Assembly (NCBI GenBank): GCA_964016885.1 | Contig: OZ024742.1 | Location: 350,424,001-350,488,000, forward strand | From: Eledone cirrhosa | Taxonomy: Eukaryota | Length of the DNA stretch: 64,000 bases | Direction: 5' to 3' | Shown here: positions 46,397-57,120 of the stretch, piece by piece | How positions within the stretch are numbered: the stretch's first letter is position 1 | Layout: every line of letters begins with the position of its first letter | Translations under genes and position numbers: made by a program | Notes under the pieces: model-generated | Database searches by the model: none | The model's input: only the letters and a program-made list of their open reading frames with translations | What the model was told of the DNA's origin: nothing

Positions 46397-46975
46397 CCAA
46401 CAACAAAACACACAAAACAATCAACAAAACAACAGTAACAACAACACAAACAAACGTATAACAAGTACTTGTCTGTGTACAGCAGCAAAGCTAGGAACGA
46501 CATGAGTACCACCCATTAACATCAGCATCATCAACATCGCCATCGGCCACAACAGGATCAGTTGCAGGAAAATATAAAGAACGCACAACAACAACAACAG
46601 CGACAATTGGAGCAATAGCTTCAACTACTGAAATACTGAGAACAACAACATCAACAACAAAATCAAAATAATAACTGAAAAATAGTATAAAATTACAACA
46701 GCATGAATCATAGAAGAGCATGATACACAAAAGCAGCAACAACTACAACACCAACAACAACATTAAACATCGACAATGGAAATTTCAACAAACACAACAC
46801 CTCGTGCAAATGAAAGTGGTAACAACCATTACAAACAAGAACAAATGCATCAACATCAAAAATAGAAATAGTGTAGTTGAAAATCTTAAGAATTTGAATG
46901 CAAAATAGCAACACTGGTATTAGTAACAACAACAAAATCTACAACAGCAACATCAACAACGGCAAAAACAAAAAT
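46397..46975. repeat. Degenerate (CAA)n low-complexity region
   Basis: Repeated aacaacaac motifs in A/C-rich sequence. Confidence 0.8.
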
Positions 46976-47534
46976 CAGATTAATAAAAAAAATCCAATTT
47001 ATGAGAAGTGTGCCACTTCTGCTACACCCCTGGACTGAATGGTCACACCTGTCAAAGATTGGACAGAAACTGTTTTACAAGTTTTCTGATACGAGTCTCT
47101 GTGGAATACTGTATCCACAGGACCAAATAAATGATTCTCAGAGAAGGGGACTATTTACATATGTTTATATATGAAGGCAGAGGAAAATGGCGAAACCTTC
47201 ACCCACTTAAGTCAAAAACATCTTTCACTGGTTGAAAAAATGTTTGGTGATATTTGTTATTGAAGAATATGATAATTGAAAACTAGGTACAAAAAGTGAG
47301 GAAGAGGTGGAAGATAGTCCTCTGTCCCGTATTTCAGGCAATTTTTAGAATATCCATTTATTGGCGCTCATTGATAGATTTAGTAAAAACAAAATAGACT
47401 AAGAATGACACATTTTATCGCCCTTCTTTATTGCCTCACCTTAACCTACTTAGTGGTGATGAACTTTTATCTTCGTACACTGATAGACGTCTAAACACAT
47501 CTGACTGATAAAATGACAAGTCAGTCAATCATAT

Positions 47535-47950
47535 TGGTCGCCTCCCCACAGCCCCGGCGGACAGAATGGAGAAGGCGAGGACACCAGAAGTCTCCACTGC
47601 CAAGGGTACAACCGCAAACCTGTCGGAGAGCGATCGGTATTTGAAGGGTTTGGCCTCCTCAGACCGACATGCAGCATAACTTGGGTTAGTCGCAGACTGC
47701 ACCAGATTACGGCTACAGAAGTGTCGGTGCAAGTGGCATCCCAGATGAGTGGTTTGCCACCGCGGAACGGGAAGATGGTCATGCCATCTGGCCTTTTGTC
47801 GTCCCCTCGGTCCAGCCCCACCGATTCGAGCTGGGAAGGGAAGCCTGCAGCATCCAAGCCATGCTTTATGACCTCATTGAGGGCAGCATGGCGTTGAAGG
47901 CGGCCAGCACTGCGGCGACAGGAAAGCGGGTGGAAGCAGAAAGAGTCCAC
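47535..47950 (-). mobile_element. Truncated, frameshifted fragment of a non-LTR retrotransposon (CRE/R2-group) encoding part of the zinc knuckle and the restriction-like (PD..D) endonuclease
   Basis: Frame 1 reads HPLSC...RHAALNEVI...[28 protein letters not shown]. After a 1-bp shift at about 47720, frame 2 continues FCSRNL...EEAKPFKY...[13 protein letters not shown]. The H-x3-C, RH, RPDG, WD.T, K..KY and P.A.ET.G motifs are in the canonical RLE order, inside a GC-rich island. Confidence 0.85.
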
Positions 47951-48224
47951 CGTGGATTATTGTTCGCAAACATTGTTTTTTTTACCCACGGCACATTTCT
48001 GGAAAATTAAAATATGCTGGCGCACTTTGTACTATAAATTCAAGAATTTATTCAACAGAGTTGACAGATTGCATTTTTTTTGTTGAAAATCTCGTTACTA
48101 TAGTTTACTAGTTTCACACATGGAGTATATATGAACTTTCAGTATGTATACTTCACATCTTAAAACTTTATCGTAGTCATTTGCGGCGCATCTAGTAAGA
48201 TCTCGTAGCGCAGCGCAACAGTGC

Positions 48225-48396
<172 letters not shown>

Positions 48397-48588
48397 CGCG
48401 ATCACGGCGCCAATAGGTTTCTGCTGGCGTGTTCAGCAAGCCTTTAAAGGATGTAGCAACATCGTCTCTCTTTCTGTCTGTCTTATATATATATATGAAT
48501 TCGGGACCCCGACGGCTGAGCCCCGGTCCTTTCAACAGCCAGATCCGAATTCTCTTTCTAAATATACACATAAATCACACTAAATGAA

Positions 48589-48732
48589 GGCGCATGGCTT
48601 AGTAGTGGTTAGACCATTGAGCTTGCAATCGAAAGGTTGTGAGTTCAATTCTCAGACCCGGTGATGTGTTGTTTCCTTGAGCAAGACACTTTATTTCACA
48701 TTGCTCCAGTTTACTCAGCTGTAGAAATGAGA
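48589..48732 (+). mobile_element. tRNA-derived SINE, 5' part, with a CORE-like segment
   Basis: GGCGCA start, A-box-like TGGCTTAGT..GGTTAG, B-box-like GAGTTCAATTC, then CCTTGAGCAAGACACTT, which resembles the CORE-SINE motif CCTTGGGCAAGTCACTT. Confidence 0.7.
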
Positions 48733-48884
48733 TGATAGGGTGGGGGTCTCTATCATTAAATCACCCAAGACACCTCCAACGAGATATACCACGGAGGAGG
48801 CCAGCTAAACTTACATAGGAGTGAACTGTCACACACAGCTACCCACCGGTTTCAACGATAAGTGTAGAAGTTGTTCTATCAACG

Positions 48885-49060
48885 AAACTGCCTGATCATG
48901 AAATTAACAGTGGCTGAAATACCACAGACATATTCTTAGGGAGATTCGGCGTGACAATATCTGACAAGACAAGTACAGTCCATTAGAGGGACATCCATGC
49001 AGTTTCCGTCTACCCACCTTCACTCAATAGACATGGGTTGACCAAGGCTAAGCTCATGAC
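48885..49060 (-). mobile_element. Degraded SINE fragment(s) of a second family
   Basis: GCAGTTTCCGTCTACC...CACTCA and GAAATTAAC...GTGGCTGA...GGGAGATTC.GCGTGACA resemble antisense octopus SINE bodies. This is recalled from memory and not verified. Confidence 0.4.
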
Positions 49061-49639
49061 ACAAAGTGAACTTCTTAAATATTCGGTCATGCTGCATCCA
49101 CGCTACATCTTCAAAAGCAACAAAAATACGATAAACAAAAGCAAAAATAAAATAAACAACACCTGCACATCCTGCAAAGTTTCTAAAATAAGAAACAGCA
49201 AACAAATAAAAACCAACTAAACTACAACAAAACAAACCAAAGAAACAACAACAACTAATAACGAAAACAAAAATACCAAGGTGACTATGACAAATAATGA
49301 AACCGAGACAAACCTTTGCCCTGTATTATTCGGTCATCAGTCGGTGACGAGTCATCTAACGAGTGAAAAAAGGAGAGGGACCTAAAGTTGGCGAGGGGGC
49401 AATTATTAAAGACTGAAAATTTGGAAGACCAAATATTAGAGAGCACGGTAGGGGAAAACCCACATACAAGCCAACGGAAAAGAAACATAACTAAACAAGA
49501 AGAACAACAACAACGACAAACACAACAACAACAACAGTAGCAGCGGCAGGAGGAGACACATATTCTTGAGTTTCACTGCGGTTTGATAGGTGTACCAGCA
49601 ATATCTCACCTTGTTAAACTAGGAATGTAACATTGAATA

Positions 49640-49830
49640 TTATAACTGTTTCTACTTTTGGCACAAGGCCAGCAATTACCCAGTGCATTACAGGTACTCT
49701 ATTTTATTGACCCCATAAGGATGAAAGGCAAAGTTAACATCAGCGACATTTGAACTCAGATCATAAAGGGCAGTAACTCTATGCTGCAAAGCATAGCGTC
49801 CAGCCCTCTACCGATACTGCCAATCCACCG
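49640..49830 (-). mobile_element. tRNA-derived SINE, family A, short-3' form
   Basis: The reverse complement gives A box TGGCAGTATCGG, B box GAGTTCAAAT, body GCCTTTCATCCTTATGGGGTCAATAAAA and end GCTGGCCTTGTGCCAAAAGTAGAAAC. It aligns to the copies at 56.2-57.0 kb. Confidence 0.88.
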
Positions 49831-50197
49831 ATACATAACGATATATAAACACTCTTTCAATGCGATGCTAGCAATACACATCTTGTGTCAATAATATCAA
49901 GAATCTAGATATATATTTTTACTAAATTGCCCCTGTATGACGTAAAAGCTTTCAGCGTGACACTAAACTACATGATTTTAGTGGGTTGGCAAATCATATT
50001 TCAATAGGTTTCCTATGGCAGCTTGTCAAAATAGAAGGCTGTTTAGAACAAAAGTTTGTGATATTTGAGGCCAAATTAGATTAAAAAAAAATTTCAGATA
50101 AGCGCTTGTCTGCTGAAGTCTCCAAACTTTGTTCCTGTCATGGAATACTTGCCAAGACCGGATTAGATAAAACCTAATGGGGTTTATTGTAAAGAAT

Positions 50198-50360
50198 GGT
50201 TTCTAATTTAGGCAAAAGGCCAGCATTTTAAATGGGAGAAAATCAAATTTGAGCGGTGCTTACTGTTATCGGCTCCTGAAAGGACGAAAGGTGGAATTGA
50301 CCTTTATGGGATTTGAACTTAGAAAATAAAGGACCGAAACAAATACATCTAAACGTTTGT
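50198..50360 (-). mobile_element. Old degraded SINE related to family A
   Basis: TTTCTAATTTAGGCAAAAGGCCAGCA...AAGGACGAAAGG...GGGATTTGAACTTAGAA matches family A in antisense. Confidence 0.65.
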
Positions 50361-50374
50361 GAAAATATCGTCCT

Positions 50375-50578
50375 TGTTTCTAAACAAAACCAGCAATTTA
50401 GGGACGGTGTGTAAGAAAATACCGTCGACCCCAGTATTTGAATGGTAATTTATTTTATTGACACATGAAATGATGAAATATCATGTTGATGTTGGCGGTA
50501 TTTGCACTCAGAACGTAAAGAGCCTTAATATACATCAAAACATTTGTCCGACTCGTTAGCATTTCTGTGAACCTCCCG
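50375..50578 (-). mobile_element. Old degraded SINE related to family A
   Basis: CCAGCAATTT...TCGACCCCAGTA...TTTATTTTATTGAC...GGCGGTATTTGCACTCAGAA...GTCCGAC matches family A in antisense. Confidence 0.65.
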
Positions 50579-51400
50579 TCCTTATTATTGTAAATAATAA
50601 ATGGTGATTAAGTTTAAAAGGCAATATTAAATTAGAATCATTTAGGCATATCATGGAACAAGCGACATGTGGAGATAGCGTATAATAAGGATTCCTTATT
50701 AAGCCGATGATTACGATATCCTTCCAGTTGTTTCGTAGATACAAAATACGGCTTTTATGTTGGAGCTACAATTTCATGGTTAGTCACGTCACAGGTAACA
50801 TTACCTGGTTAAAGATTTGTGTGATTATCATTTGTGGACGGGACCCGTGTGCTAGAGAGGTTAAACATGTAACAAAGATGTCATATGTTTTCTGTCGTAT
50901 CGTATCATACATTTAGTGTTCGATTCTGAATAGATATGTAACGTGGTCGCCAATGATGTTCGAAGGTAGATCTCATGGACTATCCCAACTATCTACTCGC
51001 GAGTGCAATCGAACAATCAATCAAGGTCTCGCAACTGATAGAGCCAGTCGATAGAGTTCCACAGCAGACGTTTAACTATGTGTCCATCATGGCATTAGAA
51101 GGGATTATATATACTTGGTGGTGCCCACATATTCTTCTCCAAGTGTTCTCTCCCTCACAAAGTTTGGCCTTCCAGCAGAAGTATTTAACGAGGTGTGGCT
51201 AAAACACGTCCCGCAGCCAGAAGTGAGATTGAGGTAAAAACCTGTTTACCTGTCTGTCTCTAAAGGTGTGACTGCCAGATATTAAGGTGTTCTCTCATTA
51301 AAAAAAAAATAGTTTTAAGATAAAGTTTCATTAAATCCTGGACGCCCAGTATTTATTAAGGTTCAAAGAACATTAGATAACGATATGACCAGTATTGAAA

Positions 51401-51588
51401 CTGTTTTTACTTTTGTCACAAGGCCAGCATTTATCCCAGTACATTACTGTTAATTTATTTTATCGACCCTGTAAGGATGAAAGGCAGAGTTAACCTCGGT
51501 GGGATTTGAACTCATACTGTGAAGGGGCGTAACTCTATACTGCAAAGCATGGCGTCCGACGCTTTACCAATACTGATAGTCCACCGCC
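51401..51588 (-). mobile_element. tRNA-derived SINE, family A, full length, with a possible 11-bp target-site duplication
   Basis: Antisense match along its whole length, ending in CCACCGCC (the 5' GGCGGTGG). CAGTATTGAAA occurs at 51390-51400 and 51596-51606. Confidence 0.85.
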
Positions 51589-51882
51589 AATCCAACAGTA
51601 TTGAAATAATGTTTCTTTAAATCGTTTCATCTTAATTTCAAACAGAGAGCGGGTAACGTTATATGAGATTTAAATATAATTCTTTAAATCGATTCTAACT
51701 CTTTGAAATATTGTATTGAAATGACCTTTCTTCATATGTATTTTACTTTATTTTCAACAGTAAAAGATGCTATGAAATAACATTTCTTTAAATCATTTCT
51801 TCCTTTGAAATGACGCGTCTTAAATTGTAGAAAATGGTACGTTTGATGCAGGTAGAAAATAATCAGAAAAACAAATCAAAAT

Positions 51883-54800
51883 GTGAAAATGGTGCTGAAT
51901 GAATGTGGTGCTTAGTGAAAGTGGTGCTGAGTGAATGTGGTGCCAAGTGAATGTGGTGCTTAGTGAATGTGGTGCTTAGTGAATGTGGTGCTTAGTGAAT
52001 GTAGTTCTGAGTGAATGTGGTGCCAAGTGAAAATGGTGCTGAATGAATGTGGTGCTTAGTGAAAGTGGTGCTGAGTGAATGTGGTGCCAAGTGAATGTGG
52101 TGCTTAGTGAATGTGGTGCTTAGTGAATGTAGTTCTGAGTGAATGCGGCATTGACTGAATGTAGTGCTGAGTGAATGTGGACATAGTGAATGTGTCACTA
52201 AGTGAATATGGCACTGAGTGAATATGGTACTGAGTGAATGTGGCACTGGGTGAATGTGGTGTTGAGTGAATGTGGTGCCGTGAGAATGTGGCACTGAGTG
52301 AATGTGGTGCTGAGTGAACATGGCATAGAGTGAATGGGGAACTGAGTGAATGTGGTGCCGAGTGAATGTGGTGATGAGTGAATGTGATGATGAGTGAATG
52401 TGGTGTTGAGTCAAAGTAGTGATGAGTGAATATGGTGCTGAGTGAATGTGGTGCTGAGTGAATGCTGAGTGAATGTGGAGCTGAGTGAATGTGGTTCCGA
52501 GTCAATGTGGTTCCGAGGCAATGTGGCGCTGAGTAAATGTGGTGCTGAGTGTATGTGGTGCTGAGTGAATGTGGTGCTGAGTGAATGTGGAACTGAGTGA
52601 ATGTGGTGCAGAGTGAATGTGGCGCTGAGTGAATGTGTTACCGAGTGAATGTCGTGCTGAGTGAATGTGGGGCTGGGTGAATGTGGCACTGAGTAAATGT
52701 AGGGCTGAGTGAATATGGTGCTGAAGGATTGTAGTGAAAGTGGCACTGAGTGAATGTGGGGTGAGTGAATGTGGTGCTGAGTGAATGTGGTTCCGAGTCA
52801 ATGTGGTGCCGTGTGAATGTGGTGCCGAGTGAATGAGGCGCTGAGTGAATGTGGTGTTGAGTAAATGTGAACCTGAGTGAATGTAGTGCTGAGTCAATGT
52901 GGTGCAGAGTGAATGTGGTGCTGAGTGAATGTGTTGCTGAGTAAAGGTGGCGTTGAGTGAAGTGTCGCTGTGTGAATGTGATGTGAGTGAATGTGGTGCC
53001 GAGTGAATGTGACGCTGAGTGAATGTGGTGATGAGTGAATGTGGTGTTGAGTCAATGTGGTGCTGAGTGAATGTGGTGCCAATTGAATGTGGTGCTTAGT
53101 GAATGTAGTTCTGAGTGAATGTGGACCTGAGTGAATGTAGTGCTGAGTGAATGTGGTGCTGAGTGAATGTGTTACCGAGTGCATGTCATGCTGAGTGAAT
53201 GTGACGCTGGGTGAATTTGGTGCCGAGTAAATGTGGCGCTGAGTAAATGTAGCGCTGATTGAATATGGTGCTGAAGGATTGTAGTGCTGATTGAAAGTTA
53301 CGCTGAGTGAATGTGGTACTGAGTGAATGTGGGGCCGAGTGAATATGGCGCCGAGTGAATGATGTGCTGAGTGAATGTGGTGTTGAGTGAATGTGGACCT
53401 GAGTGAATGTATTGCTGAATTAATGTGGTGCTGATTGAATGTGGTGTTGCGTGAATGGGTTGCTGAGAGAACGCGGCGCTGATTGAATGTGGTGCTGAGT
53501 AAATGTGGCAACAAGTGAATATGGAATTGAGTGAATGTACTGCTGAGTGAATATGGAAATGAATGAATGTGGTGTTGAGTGAATGTGGTGCTGAGGGATT
53601 GTAGTGTTGAGTGAATGTGGTGCCGAGTGGATGTGGTGTTGAGGGAATTGTGGTGCTGAATGAATGTGGCACTGAGTCAAGGTGGTGCTGAGTGAATGTG
53701 GTGCTGAGTGTGTGTGGTGCCGAGTGAATGTGCGGCTGAGTGAATGTGGTGCCGAGTGATTGTGGTGCCGAATGAATGTGGTGCTGAGTGAATGTGATGC
53801 TGAGTGAAGTTGGTGCTGAGTGAATTTGGTGCAGAGTGGATATGGTGCCCATTTAATGTGGCGCTGAGTGAATGTGGCGCTGAGTGAATGCGGTGATGAG
53901 TGAATCTGGTGTTGAGTCAATGTGGCACTGAGTGAATGTGGTGCCGAGTGAATGTGGCCCTGACTGAATGTGGCATTGAGTGAATGTGAAGCTGAGAAAA
54001 TGTAGCATTGAGTGAATTTGGTGCCGAGCGAATGTGGTGCCGAGTGAATGTGGTGCTGAGTAAATGTGGTGCTGAGTGAATGTGGTGCTGAGTGAATATG
54101 GTACTGAGTGAATATGGTGCCGAGTGAATGTGGCGCTGAGTGAATGTGGTGATGAGGGAATGTGGTGCTGAGGGAATGTGGTACTGAGTGTATGTGTTGC
54201 TGAGTAAATTTAGCGCTGAATGAATGAGGTACTGAGTGAATGTGGTGCTGAGTAAAGGTGGTGCTGAGTGAATGTGGGGCTGAGTGAATGTGGTGTGAAT
54301 GAATGTGGTGCCGAGTGAATGTGGCGCTGAGTGAATCTGGTGGTGAGGGAATGTGGTGCTGAGTGAATGTGGTGATGAGTGAATTGTGCGCTGAGTGAAT
54401 ATTGTGCTGAGGGCATGTGGTGTTGAGGGAATTGTGGTGCTGAATGAATATGGCACTGAGTCAAGGTGGTGCTGAGTGAATGTGGTGCTGAGTATGTGTA
54501 GTGCCGAGTGAATGTGCGGCTGAGTGAATGTGGTGCTGAGTGGATATGGTGCCGAATGAATGTGGTGCTGAGTGAATGTGGTGCTGAGTGGATATGGTGC
54601 CCAGTTAATGTGGCGCTCAGTGAATGTGGTGCTGAGGGAATGTGGTGCTGAGGGGATGTGGTGCTGAATGAATGTGGTGCCGAGTGAATGTGGTGCTGAG
54701 TAAAGGTGGCGTTGAGTGAAAGTGTCGCTGTGTGAATGTGATGTGAGTGAATATGGTGCCGAGTGAATGTGGCGCTGAGTGAATGTAGTTCTGAGTGAAT

Positions 54801-55107
54801 GTGGTGTTGAGTCAATGTGGCACTGAGTGAATGTGGTGCCGAGTGCAATGTGGCACTGACTGAATGTGGCATTGAGTGAATGTGGTGATGAGTGAATGTG
54901 GTGCTGAGTGAATGTGGCACTGAATCAATGTGGTGCCGAGTGAATGTGGCATTGAGTGAATGTGGAGCTGGGTGAATGTGGTGCTGAGTGAATGTGGTGC
55001 CTAGTGAATGTGGTGCTGAGCGAATGTGGCGCCGAGTGAATGTTGCGTTGAGTGAATGTGGCAGTGGGTGAATAAGGAACTGAGTGAATGTGGCACTGAG
55101 TGAATGT
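51883..55107. repeat. 16-bp satellite, about 200 diverged copies (CTGAGTGAATGTGGTG)
   Basis: The unit is read directly. It explains the 16-aa HHIHSAPHSLSTTFTQ ORFs in all three minus-strand frames. Confidence 0.97.
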
Positions 55108-56222
55108 ATCAGCAGAAATTATTTCCGACCAAATTGTCCGCTGCGAATTATGTTCCTCAGTGCTGTCATTGTTGTGTCCGTGTTAGTCGGTATCTATTGC
55201 AAATTGCTGCAGACCGGAAGTATTACAAGTCACGTGAACAGAGGTGTAGAATTGTCAGAGAGAGGACAACAGCAGAGGAATTGTTAAAACAATGGTGACT
55301 CCATAACTCTGCTTAAGGCAAAGTTTAATATATTGACATAATCACAACTTGGTTTGAGTTTGTCTACTGTGTATCAGATAAGTAATAACAAACATACTTT
55401 CAAGCAGAACTATTCAACAATATGGAGAAGTCATGTCGCTAGTATACTATTGTTCTAAAGCTGTGATGCGATCAAAGGTGAATCTGCACGAACTGTAAAT
55501 AACGCTCTTTCATTTTTTATGGAAATTTAAATCTCTGTTGGTGAATATACTCATCTGTTATCAGAAATTACTTGTATTACTGATCGCAGATATGTATATG
55601 CTGATGTACTAACATGATCTGACGTAATGATATTTCAAACACGCCTTGAAAAAAAAATTATAATCCGGTTGTCCAACCATTGTAAAGAAGGATTCACACA
55701 GGATTTGAACTTGGCATCTGATGTACTGTTAGGTAGAGATAGGCTCCCCTAACATTTCAGTAAACAGGACTCTTTGACGGATTAGTGGAGAAACCGAGCT
55801 ACATTGGAGTAATCAGTACCAAATACACATATCGTTGTTTCTAACAAGACATGTACAATATTCAGGTCAAACATTGAGAGTTGAGCTTTCAGAATTTCCC
55901 AGGCGTGGCACACCTGTTTGTAATAGGTGGTACATTCTCGTAAATTCAATAGAGTATATCCGAGATGCGATGGATTGGAGGAAAGTATCTAGCACGTTCT
56001 CATTGGTGGCCCACAATTTGTCTGTACGTTAGCTTACAGTTTGCAGTTGCACTAAAGTTTGAAGGGATTCCAGTTGTCAAGGAATTCTGTAATGAAATGT
56101 TAGTCAATACCTTTAGTCTGGAAAGTGAGGAAGTAGCTGTGCAGTTGGTTATGCTGGAGGAGGTCTTGTGGTGGATATGGCTGGAATAGTCGTGACCAGG
56201 ACTCATTATTTCAAAATCCACT

Positions 56223-56445
56223 GGCAGGGGATTGGCAGTATCGGTAGAGGGTCGGACGCCATGCTTTGCAGCATAGAGTTACGGCCCTTTATGATCTGAG
56301 TTCAAATCCTGCCGCGGTTAACTTTGCCTTTCATCCTTACGGGGTCGATAAAATAAAGAACAAGTAATAAACTGAGGTCGATTTAATTGACTTTCCCCTC
56401 CCCCAAAATTGCTGACCTTGTGCCTATATAAGAACCCATTATTAT
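56223..56445 (+). mobile_element. tRNA-derived SINE, family A, long-3' form
   Basis: A box TGGCAGTATCGG, B box GAGTTCAAATCC, body GCCTTTCATCCTTACGGGGTCGATAAAA and an ATT tail. Confidence 0.9.
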
Positions 56446-56540
56446 AATACTAGTGAACCTTTAATTAAAATACTGACCATGTGGGTACTGGTATACTATA
56501 CAATTAGTTATATAGATACACTTAGATATATAGATATTTC

Positions 56541-56721
56541 GCAGTATCGGTAGAGGGTCGGACGCCATAATTTGACGCATAGAGTTACGACCCTTGCCAT
56601 TCTGAGTTCAAATCCCGCCGAGGTTAACTTTGCCATTCATCCTCACGGGGTCGATAAAATAAAGTACCAGTAATGCACTGGGATAATTGCTGGCCTTGTG
56701 CCAAAAGTAGAAACAATTATT
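56541..56721 (+). mobile_element. tRNA-derived SINE, family A, short-3' form, slightly 5'-truncated
   Basis: Aligns to the 56223 copy; B box GAGTTCAAATCCC. Confidence 0.9.
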
Positions 56722-56759
56722 TCAAAATCAATCTACTAACAAGGAAAACTTAGAATATT

Positions 56760-56861
56760 TCCTTACATGGTCTATAAAATAAAGTACCAGTAATGCACTG
56801 GGAATCGATTTAATCGACCCCCTCCCCAAAATTGCTGGCCTTGTGCGTAAATCAGAAACTA
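56760..56861 (+). mobile_element. SINE family A, 3' half only (long form)
   Basis: CCTTACATGGTCTATAAAATAAAGTACCAG...TCGATTTAATCGACCCCCTCCCCAAAATTGCTGGCCTTGTG. Confidence 0.85.
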
Positions 56862-56862
56862 A

Positions 56863-57052
56863 GATTGGAAGTATCGGTAGAGGTTCGGACGTTATGCTTT
56901 GACCAATAGAGTTACGGCCCTTGCCATTCTGAGTTCGAATCCCGCCGCGGTTAACTTTTCCTTTCATCCTTACCGGGTCGATAAAATTAAGTACCAGTAA
57001 TGCACTGAGTAATTGCTGGCCTTGTGCCAAAAAGTAGAAACAATTATTATTA
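56863..57052 (+). mobile_element. tRNA-derived SINE, family A, short-3' form
   Basis: B box GAGTTCGAATCCC, the same body as the other copies and an (ATT)n tail. Confidence 0.9.
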
Positions 57053-57120
57053 CTTAATTAATGATAAAGTTGTTGAAATGAAGCAGCATATAGCAATGGA
57101 TTATTCAATAGAAGAATATT

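Noticed and set aside
50940-51290. Short ORF 50975..51202 and its surroundings as coding sequence
   Set aside because: No recognisable domain or splice support.
51992-54920. His-rich proteins on the minus strand
   Set aside because: The same peptide appears in all three frames as an arithmetic consequence of a stop-free 16-bp unit, and stops and indels are scattered throughout.
51883-55107. Common origin of the 16-mer (CACTCAGCACC on the minus strand) and the 69-mer (CACTCATACACC)
   Set aside because: The match is short and low-complexity (C/A-rich), so it cannot be distinguished from chance.
55700-56221. Moderately GC-rich unique segment with short ORFs as an exon
   Set aside because: No recognisable motif and the frames I translated are interrupted by stops. 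It may be an old TE remnant, but I cannot assign it.
56223-57052. tRNA genes, and the 100-aa ORF 56728..57030
   Set aside because: The A/B boxes belong to SINE heads followed by a SINE body and ATT tail, and I could not build a cloverleaf. The ORF is antisense SINE sequence.
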